Assembly: GCF_009914755.1 (NCBI RefSeq)
Contig: NC_060926.1
Source: the human T2T-CHM13v2.0 reference genome, Homo sapiens
Strand: one strand, 5' to 3'
DNA: 64,000 bases
Shown here: in pieces, positions 10,855 to 23,400 of the stretch
Numbering within the stretch: the first letter of the stretch is position 1
How the letters are laid out: the number at the start of each line of letters is the position of its first letter
The notes under the pieces: generated by a model
What the model saw: only the letters and a program-made list of their open reading frames with translations
What the model was told of the DNA's origin: nothing
Databases searched by the model: none
Made by a program: the position numbers and the translations under genes

Positions 10855-12230
10855 CAATACCTGGAAGCAGCTTGCTTTTATATTAAGTAACCTCTCAGAG
10901 ACGTATTGTATGTTTAATACATATATATATAGTATGCTTAATACAATAGCATTAAGAGGTGGGACCTCTCAGAGACGATTTGGTCATGAGGGCCTTTCAA
11001 CCTCTAAGTAAAAGCTGTGTAGATTTTCTTAACAATTAGAAAATGAGAAGTGAGGAAACAAACATCCCAGATATAGAACCCTTGTTATAGCATGAAAATA
11101 AATTTACTTAAAACTGTAATCTGTAATAACCAGGGAGGTATTTCATGTTTCTGTAGTGAAAATAACTGCAGAAGCAGCAAAGGGGAAGACCTAAAATATT
11201 GATATCTGTTATTTGTTCCTTTCTGATTTTGACAAGTTGTTGCAAGAAAGAGATGAGCTTAAGAAAATAATCATGATTTTGAAAACAAAGATGTATGGCA
11301 ACAGAGTCTAGTTGGAATTAGACTCTCACAGATTTGGAAAAGGCAGTTGCTTTTCTATCCCAAACAGCAGGAAATATGTGTATAGTTAATGCTTCTTGTC
11401 AAGTTCTTTCATTTAGGTTTTTTTTTTTTTTGTCAAATACGTGGTGATAGGTGTCTCAAAAATTTCCAAGTAGCTACTATTAAAATGAAGAAAAGAAGAA
11501 TGAGCCCAGCATTGGAGAATATAAATAAGAAAATCTGTTTTTCAAAAGCAAATCCAGGTAAGAATGTCGAGGGTTGCTAACTGGCACAGAGTACAACCAA
11601 AATAAATAAAGCAAAACACAATCAATTTTTGCAGTATTTAATGAATATTCACTTCAATCTTTGAAGCAACTTTTATACTCCCAAACTCACCATAGAAGGA
11701 AGTAATCTACAAAAGAAGTATGTCTTTCATAGAGGGAGCACTGTATGAGATCCCTTTCAAATAGGGCCAGGCGGGGTAACAGAGAATGATGAGCTCACAG
11801 ATGACAAAGCCAGTGACCCAGACTACCTTGGACAAGGAAGCCCTTCCCAGAGAGTAGAACTAGGGTCTCACCAAGGAACATACACTAACGCTGGGTTTTG
11901 GGGTTTAGAGCTCCTCCCAAACAGGACTTACTGATTTTATGAATTGTGATATTTTGTATCTCACATTTTTTACTTTTTTCCAATGGAGATTTTTATTGTG
12001 ATACTCTTGTTCCTGATCTGCCATATATTTTGGTTAGTAGCGAACGGATCATTTATGTCATCTAAAGATCATGAGACAGTGGGGCTCTATGTTCACAGCT
12101 TGCAGAGAAAGCGCTACATTCTTCAAAATCCTGGACTTTTATCTGGATGCAGTCTAATGAAAGTTCAGGTTTCTTGCCTTGGGGTAAGTGTATTATGTAC
12201 AGGAAGAAGAGTTTGCACAGCTATTTTATA
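10855..12230 (+). mobile_element. Probable degraded MaLR internal (MLT-int) sequence
   Basis: aatacctggaagcagct..., cccttgttatagc...taaaactgtaatctgtaataac resemble MLT-int; lies directly upstream of an MLT1 LTR. Confidence 0.4.
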
Positions 12231-12234
12231 GGTC

Positions 12235-12640
12235 ATTAGTTGTTTCTTCCTTCCTGATTACACAGCCACCCAGCTAGAGATAACCTTTTCTAGCTTCCCT
12301 TCTAGGTAGGTGGAGCCGTGTGAGCAGGGTTTTGCCGGTTGAATGTGACAAGAAACTAGGTATAAAACAGTCACTGCTCTTGTTACGAATTATTTCCCCT
12401 CTCCACGGCCTGGAACCATATACATGGTGGTGGCATCTTCAAGTCTACAAATGGAAGACAAAACCTGGGAGTGAAACGGCTAGAAGAGAAAATAAATGTG
12501 GGCTTTTATGTGACCTCAAGAGGAATTCCGCCCACCAAACCTGAATCAGTTGTAACATTAACTGAGAAATAAACTCCATATTAAAGGTTTTGCACTTGAG
12601 AGGCTCTTCGAGCATCTTAGCCTTTGCCCTAATTAATACA
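12235..12640 (+). mobile_element. Old MLT1 (H/I/J-like) MaLR LTR
   Basis: ttctagcttcccttctaggtaggtggagccgtgtgagc...gagaaataaactcc...ends cctaattaataca. Confidence 0.6.
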
Positions 12641-13035
12641 TAGTCCTTTTCATTAATGAGACTCAACCCCACGTGGTTACGTTCTATGATCTTTTAACAT
12701 GCCACTGGAATCATCATGCTAACATTTTGTTGTCATTATGTAAATTCTATATTAGTTTTTTTTTTAAATCCCCTGGGGATTTGCCGCCTACAAATTGCCT
12801 ATAGACAGGCAATACAAACAATTTGAACCCACTGCATCTTCAATCAGCAATTTAGAGAAACTGAAATTTGCTTCTTCAAGTTGATCTTGGGTAATGACTT
12901 GAGGATAAGCATCAGCAGGGCATTTATTTTAAGTCTCAGAGACTTTCTAGAACAGAAAAAGTGGAGTTTTGCTAGTCTTCCTAGAAACCAAAACAATATT
13001 TCCATAGCAGATGATTAAGATAAGAAGGAATTTAG

Positions 13036-13252
<217 letters not shown>

Positions 13253-13329
13253 TTAGGAAGTCTGAAAAGTATGGAAAAATACATTGAGCTTTTTCAAGTC
13301 AGTCTTTATCACCACAGAAAACAAAAACC

Positions 13330-13738
<409 letters not shown>

Positions 13739-14137
13739 TCATTATGTACAAAACGTGAGGTGTGGGAGTAAGCACTACAAATAAAATGATAGATCTAATT
13801 TATAATAACTGTGAAATAGCTATTTTATTTTCACTATGGAGAAATAGTTACTGACAGCTATTAATACATAGTTCTTTTCAAGGAGCAGAACAAAGCACTA
13901 AAAAAGACATTGAACTAGAGTCTAGCAGTTCAACGTTTTGTTCTATCAGTAACTAGTGGCATCTGCCTCCATTGTCTTATCTAGAAAAAATGAGAACAGA
14001 CTACTTGGCCCTCTTATTCAAAAAAAATGTGCTGAGAATCACATGTTTTATGCCTACATAATACTCTGGAAAATCATAAAACTAGGATCAATTTATCTCT
14101 TAAATTGTGTGAAAATATATACAACACAAAGTTGTAG

Positions 14138-14426
14138 GGCTGGGCACAGTGGCTCATGTCTCTAATCCCAGCACTTTGGGAGGCTGAGGCAGGTGGATCA
14201 CCTGAGGTCAGGAGTTCAAGATTAGCCTGGCCAACATGGTGAAACCCAGTCTCTACAAAAATACAAAAATCAGCTGGGCGTGATGGTAGGTGCCTGTAAT
14301 CCCAGCTACTCTGGAAGCTGAGGAGGGAGAAGAGAATCGCTTGAACCTGGGAGGCAGAGGTTGCAGTGAGCCTAGATAGCACCATTGCACTCCAGCCTGG
14401 GCAATAGAGTGAGACTCTGAAAAAAA
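14138..14426 (+). mobile_element. AluS (Sx-like)
   Basis: Full dimer; flanks aaagttgta / aaagttata form an approximate TSD. Confidence 0.9.
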
Positions 14427-14924
14427 GTTATAAAATTGCCATTTTAACTATTTTTAAGTGTATAATTCAGTGACATTATTTACCTTCACAATTCTCAATT
14501 TACCTTTGTAATCTATGAGATTGCAATTTGAGGTACGATATATCTAGGAAATCAAACATCATGCTTATCTTATTTGGGGCTTAAGGGCAGGAAATAATCA
14601 ACTATTTACGAGAATCATATAGTTCAATTGAGGTATAAACAGATAAAAAGTCATACAAAGCCACGTTTTAGATGACAGCAAATGTGCGATCAAATTCTGT
14701 GATATGAGTTATCTATAAATTAATCACAATTAACTGGACTTCGTATCACTGTTTATTAACAGCCGTATACATCTTGGGCTTGGGTAATCATCATGCATCA
14801 AGGGCAAGAGAAAGGAATACAGATCAATAGGCTGTTCACACAAACCTGGGACACCTTTTAGAAAAGAGCATTTTAAAGTATGTCTACAGTAGAGAAATGT
14901 ACAGTAATTGGATACCATTTGTAG

Positions 14925-15250
<326 letters not shown>

Positions 15251-15369
15251 TAGTAGAGTTTTTAAAAAATGGTTCTAGCTTCTCAGCAACTGATTTTTAC
15301 ATCAAAGCTTCACAATTGTTTTACTGTTTTAACTTTATTGAAACGTTTGCTAGCCTTGCTTTTCAACAC

Positions 15370-16783
15370 CAGGTCTGGCCTTATGCAAGGACAAGCTGTG
15401 AAGTCGGACTGGACTCCACACTCAGAAGGACCTCATGCTTGGTTTAATGCTCCTCTGTCTTGAGATTCTTAATAATTTTATCTTTGAATTTGTGTGAGTG
15501 ATGTCCAATGAGACAGGGCAGCAGGCGTATCAGCAGAGGCAATGCCCACAACGCAGGGGCCAGCTCCGTGTCTTGCTGCTCTGCACTTACACAGCGTCCA
15601 CGATGCCATCGTGAGCACAGTATTCCACAGGACCCACGTATGATGCATGGGAGGTGCCTTAGACCATTTGCACTGCTATAAGGAATACCTGAGGCTGTGT
15701 AATTTATAAAGAAAAAGGGTTTATTTTGCTCATGGTTTTGCAGGCTTTACAAGAAGCATGGCGCCAGCATCTTTGCTCATCTTTGCAGGCCTTCCAGTGA
15801 AGGCCTCAGGAAGCTATCATTCACGGCAGAAGGGGAAAGGGGGCCTGTGTGTCATATGGTGACAAAGAGAGGAGAAGAGGGAGGAGAGGAAGGTGCCAGA
15901 GTTTTTTAAACAACCAGTTCTCACTATAAACTAATAGAGCAAGAACTCACTCATTACTTCAGGGAGGGCACCAAGCTATTCATCAGGGATCCATACCCAG
16001 GATAAAAACACTTCCCACCAGCCCCCGCCTCCAACACTGGGGATCACATTTGCACGTCGGATTTGGAGGAGACTCACGTCTAAACTGTATCAGGAGGCCA
16101 GTGAGACTCAAAGCAATGCAGCCTAACCATGGTATGTCCTCTCCTGGGTAAACAGGGCCAGCCGTAAGCCCCAAGTGGTCACAGTTTATAATGAAACCAG
16201 AGCCTTCTTTTCTGAACACTGACAGAAGGTAATAAAGTTCTAAGAAAAACAAATGACCGAAGAGCCCTATCATGTTCTTTCTTACTCATTCTATTTCTCT
16301 CTGTTACTAACGACTAACAAACAATGGAAGAGCATAGAAGGAAAGGGAAAGGAAGGCAGCCCACAGATCTTTTTCCTCTTCAAGCCTGAGATAGAGATTG
16401 CTGGCAAAAGACAAGAATATCAAGAAGTGAAATAAAAATAGTTGAGTTAGTTTTGGGCTGAGTTTCCAATGATTTGGTAAGAACAACATACATTTACCTG
16501 TATGAGCTATGGAGTGTAAATCAAGTCATTTTGGTGATTCTATATGCAAGTTAAATGCTCTGGTATTTTTATTAGAAATTAGTTTTGCGAATGATAAAAC
16601 ATAAAAATTATTAAGTTTTTTTGCTGAGAAAAACATTAAATAGCAAATTTTTAAACACCACAAGTTAGAAAACAGACCAATGAATAAAGAAAAATGCTTT
16701 ATATTTAATTTATTTAATGGCTTTTTTATTTATGAATTCATTTTTATTTTGCAATAAGCTTTGCAAATTATGTATTGACTCTG
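15370..16783 (+). mobile_element. MER45B-like hAT-Tip100 DNA transposon relic, interrupted by MSTB
   Basis: Starts caggtctggccttatg...ctcagaaggacctcatgcttggtttaatgctc...ttcttaataatttt; ends ttttgcaataagctttgcaaattatgtattgactctg. Confidence 0.7.
15655..16092 (-). mobile_element. MSTB-type MaLR solo LTR
   Basis: aagaagcatggcgccagcatc...gaactcactcattac...ends aaactgtatca; 5-bp TSD ggagg at 15650-15654 and 16093-16097. Confidence 0.9.
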
Positions 16784-16980
16784 CTCAAAGCAACCTCAAT
16801 GTTGATATTGTTAAGCATTAAATGTTTAATCAGATGAAAAATCTGATTCTAAGTTAAAGGTCCAAAATTGTATAAGCTTCTAAACTAGTTCTGCATTTGA
16901 TTAGTGTTTGAGTGCAGATAAACAAAAAAACACATGAATTACATTTACTTTTAATACATCAAACAATAAGAATAGGGATA

Positions 16981-17270
16981 CAATTTCATTTACTTCTATT
17001 CCTATCTTGTTATTTATTTTTTTCTGCTATCTTTGATTTGGGTGTTTTTTCTTTTTTTGTAGTTCCTTGAGATGTGACATTAGGTTGTTAATTTGTGATC
17101 TTTCTATTTTTTTGATGTAGGTATTTAACAGTATAAACTTCTGTCTTAGCTCCACTTTTGTGATATTGCAGAAATGTTGGAATGTTTTGCTTCCATTTTC
17201 ATTTCTTGCATTTAAAATAATTTCTGTCTTAATTTTGTCATTTACCTAAAGATCACTCAGGAGCAGATTG
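16981..17270 (-). mobile_element. Inverted 5' segment of L1 (ORF2 region)
   Basis: Reverse complement reads as L1 ORF2 DNA (aatacctacatcaaaaaaatagaaagatcacaaattaacaacctaatgtcacatctcaaggaacta). Confidence 0.85.
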
Positions 17271-17626
17271 CAATGAAAGGAAAAGTTAGTTCCTTGAAAA
17301 GATAAAATCGATAGACCACTAGCTAGACTAACCAAGGAAAGAAAAAAGAAGATTCAAATAAGCACAATCAGAAATGAAAATGGAGACTTTACAGTTGAAA
17401 TCACAGAAATCCAAAAGATCATCAGAGACTACTATGAACATCTCTATGATCATAGACTACAAAATCTAAAGGAAATTGAGATGGAATCAGTGATAAAAAA
17501 AAATTACCAACAACAAAAAGAGTTCAGCTGCACAAAGAAGAACTGACACCAGTCCTACTGAAACTGTTCCAAAAAGCCAAGGAGAGGATCCTCCGTAACT
17601 CATTCTACCAAGCCACTTTCACACTA

Positions 17627-18007
17627 ATGCCAACACCAGCCAAGGACGCAACAGAAAAAGAAGACTATAGACCAACATCCCTGATGAATGTAGATGCAAA
17701 TGTCCTCAACAAAATACTAGCAAATCAATCACAACAGCATATCGAAAAGACAATACAGTACAATCAAGTGGGTTTTATTCCAGGGATGCAAGGATGGGTC
17801 AATATATGCAAATCAATAAATGTGATTCATCATATAAACAGAATTAAGAATAAAAATCATATGAACACCTCAATAGATGCAGAAAAATTATTTGATAAAA
17901 TTCAGCATCTCTTCATGATAAAGACCCTCAACAAACTAGGCCTAGAAGGAACACACCTCAAAATAATAAAATCATATATGAAATACCCACAACTAACATC
18001 ATACTGA
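17627..18007 (+). pseudogene. Degenerate L1 ORF2p reverse-transcriptase fragment
   Basis: [20 protein letters not shown]...[11 protein letters not shown]...[12 protein letters not shown] are L1 RT motifs; the frame is broken on both sides. Confidence 0.9.
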
Positions 18008-18833
18008 AAGGAGAAAAGTTCAAAATATTCTCCCTAAGAACTAGAACAAGACAAGGATGCCCACTCTCACCACTCATATTTAACATAGTACTAGAAGTCC
18101 TAGCTAAAGTAACCAGGCAAGAGAAATAAATAAAAGGCATTTAACTTGGAAAAGAGGAAGTCAAATTATTCCTGTTTGTTGATGATATAATCTTATACCT
18201 AGATAATCCTAAAGTTTCTTTTGAAAGACTTCTAGATTTGATAAATGAATTGAGTAAAGCTTCTGAATACAAAATTAACATTAAAAATTTGGTAGATTTC
18301 TATACACCAATAATGAGCAAGCTGAGAACAAAATTAAGAAATCAATCCCACTTATAATAGCTATGAAAATAAAAATAATATACCTAGGAATATGTATAAC
18401 CAAGGAGGAGAAAGACCTCTACAAGGAAAATTATAGAACACCGATGAAAGAAATTGTAGACGACAAAAGACAAATGGAAAAACATTCCATGCTCATGGAT
18501 TAGAAGAGTCAATATTATTACAGTAATCATGCTGCCCAAATCGATCTACAGATTCAATGTAATAAAATCAAAATATGATTCCAAAAAATTATAAAATGTA
18601 TATGGAACCCAAAGAAGATACCATACAGCAAAAAATAAGGTGATTTCTGAAACAACTAAAAATAGAACTACCATTCAATAGAGAAATCTCACTACTAGGT
18701 ATTTACCCAAAAGAACAAAAATTATTATATCAAAAACTACCTTCACGTGTGTGTTTATTGCAGCACTATTCACAACGAAGATATGGAATCAACCTATGTA
18801 TCCATCAAGGGATGAGTGAACAAAGAAAATGTA

Positions 18834-18834
<1 letters not shown>

Positions 18835-18870
<36 letters not shown>

Positions 18871-18942
18871 ATACACTCAGCCTTAAAACTAAAATCTAAG
18901 TAGGGTATACACACACACACACACATATATAGATCGATATGT

Positions 18943-18974
<32 letters not shown>
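18835..18974. repeat. (TG)n / (CA)n / (TG)n compound microsatellite in L1 3' region
   Basis: Three dinucleotide runs, the middle one inverted. Confidence 0.9.
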
Positions 18975-18975
<1 letters not shown>

Positions 18976-20143
18976 GTATCCTACTTAACCATAAAAAAAG
19001 AATGAAATCATGCAACACGGATGGAAGCAGAGACTATTATCTTAAGTGAAATAACTCAGAAATGGTCAAATACTACATGTTGTCTCTTGTAAGTGTGAGC
19101 TAAATGCATACAAATGGACATGGAGAGTGGAATAAAACATTTTGGAGACTCAGAATGGGAGTATGGAAGGGGGTGAGGAATGAGAAATTACCCAGTGAAT
19201 ACAACGTTTACTATTCAGCTGATGCTTACACTAAAAGCCCAGACTTCTATGCAATATATCCATATAAGACGACTGCACCTGTACCCACTATATCTAAAAA
19301 ATGAACATTTTAAAAAACCATGAGAAAAGTTCTATTCAAAATCTGTTTTTATTATAATAAACACAGTTTGAAATTACCATTCTCCCAAAATACCTAAAGT
19401 CATTAATCTTCCATATAAATGTAAAACATGACCCCACTTATTTATGAAAGAGTCCTTTGGTTTCCCAGTGTATATATTTTTGTAAAACCGAGGTCACGCC
19501 CACTTCAGTCATCCACGCACCACTCCTTTGATTTCCGCCTTCTCTCTGCATCGCTTTGTCCACTTTGTGATGACTCACTTCATAGTCATTTTCAGGCATC
19601 ACATTTCTACCTTCAGCCTCAATCTAAGCAAAAATATCTGTGGAAATAGTTTTGATGTAGCAGCTAGTTTTTTGAAATGTGTTAACTACTAACTTTCAAA
19701 AAAATGTTTTAAAAGAAGGTGCATGGTGTGTGCAATTTAGGAAACCCCTTTTCCCACTTGATTCCTTGTGAATATTTACTCTGGATGAGAGGTGATAACA
19801 TTTAGTTTGATGACTTTTTAATTGTGAGGTTTTTTTAACTAAAAAAATTAATTAGGGTTGCCATTTAGAAACCCACCCCTCATTCATTGAAACTCCAATG
19901 AATATTTCAATACAAAATATTTTATGTTGATAATTTGTTGAAACAAAACCTAAATGTGATTGATTCTAAAGAACAGCCCTGAGGTACTATTACAGGACAG
20001 AAAGAGGGAAGTAGAGAGAATGGCTGACTTGCAACCAAGTCCACACAGTGGAATTTTCTGAAGAGCCAGGACCTGAGAGCCTTGGCCCCCCCTACTCCCA
20101 ACCAAATACAGCATGAGAGAATCTTTAATGAAAAGTGTCTTTT

Positions 20144-20457
20144 TATTTTTTATTTTATTTTATTTTATTTTATTTTTTGACGGAGTCTCGCTTTGTCGCT
20201 CAGGCTGGAGTGCAGTGGCGCCATCTCGGCTCACTGCCAGCTCTGCCTCCCGGGTTCACGCCCTTCTCCTGCCTCAGCCTCCTGAGTAGCTGGGACTACA
20301 GGCGCCCACCAACACGCCTGGCTAATGTTTTGTATTTTTAGCAGAGACGGGGTTTCACCCTGTTAACCAGGATGGTCTCGATCTCCTGACCTCGTGATCC
20401 GTCCGCCTAGGCCTCCCAAAATCTTGGTATTACAGGCTTGAGTCACCGTGCCTGGCC
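20144..20457 (-). mobile_element. AluY
   Basis: gggttcacgccc, gatggtctcgatctcctgacctcgtgatcc diagnostics; tgaaaagtgtctttt on both flanks. Confidence 0.92.
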
Positions 20458-23400
20458 AGTGAAAAGTGTCTTTTAAAGAAAGTGTTAAGAGTAGTACCCA
20501 GGGCACTGCCACCTTCCCGCCTCCCATGAACTACTCCTCTTGGGCTCTCTCCTGGGTGTCATTTAGTGACTCTGTGCCTTCCATCCTTTCTCTGTTCCAT
20601 TCTCACCTCCTCTACCCTCAAAAGGCATTCTCTACTACTAAGTAGACTACCACAGTTTTCAAGGAAAGCGTCCCTACCTCCTCCTTCAATTAAGAGTTTC
20701 TCAAACAGTTCATTTCATCGATGGGCGACTCTTTTGAAAGACTCAGTTTTGTCTTCAACAGAAATCTTTTTCCTTCACAATTTCCCCCTTGGTTCTTGCT
20801 TCAGTTTGGGAGGAAAGAGAGGAGGCATAGGGAGTCCATGGAATTGATGCCTTTCTTTTGAGCTATTTTCCTATTGAATACAAGTATTCTGTGCCCCTGC
20901 ATCTCCTCCAGGTGAAGTCTCTCCTTCAGGATTCTTCCAGGGGGCACGGTAATCAATGCTTCATCTACTTTCTGATCTCTTCTGAGTGCATTCTCATCTC
21001 ATCAAGGGAACAACGCTTCCCTCATAATTGTTAAAAAAAAAATTGCTGCACTCATTGTCAAACGGGTTTTAGAAATGGATCAGTTTGAACATGCATGAGG
21101 TATGTAGTTTGTAATTTGCTTATGACAGCCTGGCTGTGAGTGACATGGAATCCGAGAGGCCAGCCCACCAGCTTCTGCTGCCCCTGCTTTGGGGAGACAG
21201 TCAGTCATCTAACAAGTTTTGTGAGAATGGCATTAACTAATTTCTGGGGAACTGCGACCATACTGAAAGCAAATGAAAATGCATTTATTTTTTCTGTAAC
21301 CCCAAACATATGCTTTGGTGCTGCTAGAAAAAGAAGCCTCCTTGGCTTGCCAGTGGGGTGTTGGGGTGTGCACTCACCCAGCACATACTTCCCCATCTTT
21401 TACCACCTCAAAAAGGTAGGTGTACCTGCCTTTCTATACCATATTTCACTCAAACACCCCCAACACATACGTTACCATCATCTTTTATAACCTTAAAAAG
21501 GTAGGTGGCTTCTTTCCTTTAATGTTACATGGTCTGACTCAAAGCTTTAAGAGCCTCCAGGATGGATAACTAGAAGATCAACTCTCTCACTATCCAATAA
21601 TTGGCAGTTCCACATTTTGTGGGAATATTCAGTTTGACATGCAGACACTTTTATCTGCCATACAAATTTGCAGTTTTCATAAACTGGAAGCGTTTCTGCG
21701 GCTGTGCTAATCCACAGAGGGATGCACGTTTTCAGAGCAATGGAGTTCAACCAGAGGCCAGTCTTCGAATATATGTGAGCAAGAAAGGGAAACAGGAGAA
21801 GAAGAAATCTTGCTCTTCCATTGGAGAGAAATAAAAATAGCTGTGATTGTTATCATTTTCAAATTGGTACTAGGAAAAGGAGACGTGATCCAAATACCAA
21901 GTGGTGCTGGTGGCTCCGGCAGGGCTCCGGGGGGCCAGTGCCAGGCCTTTGCAGAAGCAGGGGTAGCCACTGTCCCTCATAGCAGCAGCCAGAGCTCACA
22001 GGGCCTCCTGTGCACCGGAGGCCCCACCAGGGCATCTCTGCAGGTTTGCCTAGAAGGGAACCAGGAACCCAAGCATGCCTGCCAAATTGCAAGGGTTGTG
22101 CAGGTGGGCGGGGAAGTGTGAGCCTTTCCCCAGACCCGGGAAGTCTTAAATACCGTTTTTCCTACCAAAGAAAAAAAAAACCGGGCTTGTTGCTTAAGAA
22201 GACAACAATGGAACATCTGCCTTTTTGTTTCATTTCAGTCATTTGAGAATCTCAGCACAGCCCCCTTCTTTAATCATGACAGCTGGTATTTAGGGCTCAC
22301 ACAGCTTCTCTCATACCCAACATTCTGAAAGAATGAAAGACCTAAAACTGAAGCTTCCTTCCTTTCTCTAAGGGACCCTGTCTTTGTTTAGGGTCCATTA
22401 CTCTGAAAGAAACAATACCCCTCCCCTTATAACATGCTACTTGGGGTGAGGTGGTTAGGATGCATAACATATCAAGATTTAGAGTGAAAATTAAAATATT
22501 TGGAGTTAAGTTTTCTAAAATTATTGGTAACATAATAGTAAATTGGAAAAAATACCTATGGCATAAGACAAAAATGGAACAAAAGTATTTGATGGCTGAG
22601 CCTTGATACAAACACTTGTCTCTTTCTCCTAGAGGCTTTTGTGGACACTCCCTCCTTGCAGAAAAAGCACTGTGGGTGCTGACCAAGCACACTATCTCCT
22701 GCTACAGCCCAGTACTGTGGCAAACACAGCTGGCCTTACAGGACACCTCAGACCATATCATTAGCCTTCTGTGCTTGAAATCTTTGTACCAAATGAGATT
22801 TTAATAAAAGAAAAATTAGAAGGCACTATTTTATCAAACTGAGTGATTTAAAATATGGATACATGCAAATTAGAATGTTTTAGAGGTAGAAAAATCCTCT
22901 CTCTTTATTTTCTATGTAACAAACCCGAGCCTCAAAGATGTCAGGAGACTCAATTAAGTTAGAGTTAGTACATGGTAGGGACTGCAACGAAAACGAATCA
23001 GGTCATCACCTTTTTTATTCTGTGTTTTTTATGCTCTCTCAGGGCTTCTGGAGTCCTGTGTTCAAAATCTCAAGTTATATTTCCTTAGAAAACACAGAGA
23101 AAGATAACTGATGTTAGCGCAGGATTGAATAGCAATACTTGTTAAAACAGCTCTCAAATGGAGAGGAAATCTCCCTGCCAGCCCAGCTTTTCCAAACTCA
23201 CCAGGACACCAGGTGTTTGCTAGAGGAGGAGGGAGGTGAAGAGCCCAGAAGTCATAGCCTGCATTGAATTTGCCAACCTTGTTCCCAATCCACATCATAT
23301 GCAACAGATCAATCATCATTTAGCTCGAGGCCCCCAGGTCCCCAAGGTGAGTTTTCCCTTCGTGGAAGGTAAAACATGGGGGGACCTTGGGGCAATTGAG

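Larger units (their letters stand above)
17271..19312 (+). mobile_element. L1 (L1PB4/L1MA-like) ORF2 plus 3' UTR with internal deletions
   Basis: RT-region DNA, then 3' UTR cactaaaagcccagacttc...gcaatatatccat...A-rich tail. Confidence 0.9.

Noticed and set aside
17627-18007. Functional reverse transcriptase
   Set aside because: A short L1 ORF2 fragment with frameshifts, stops and large deletions around it.
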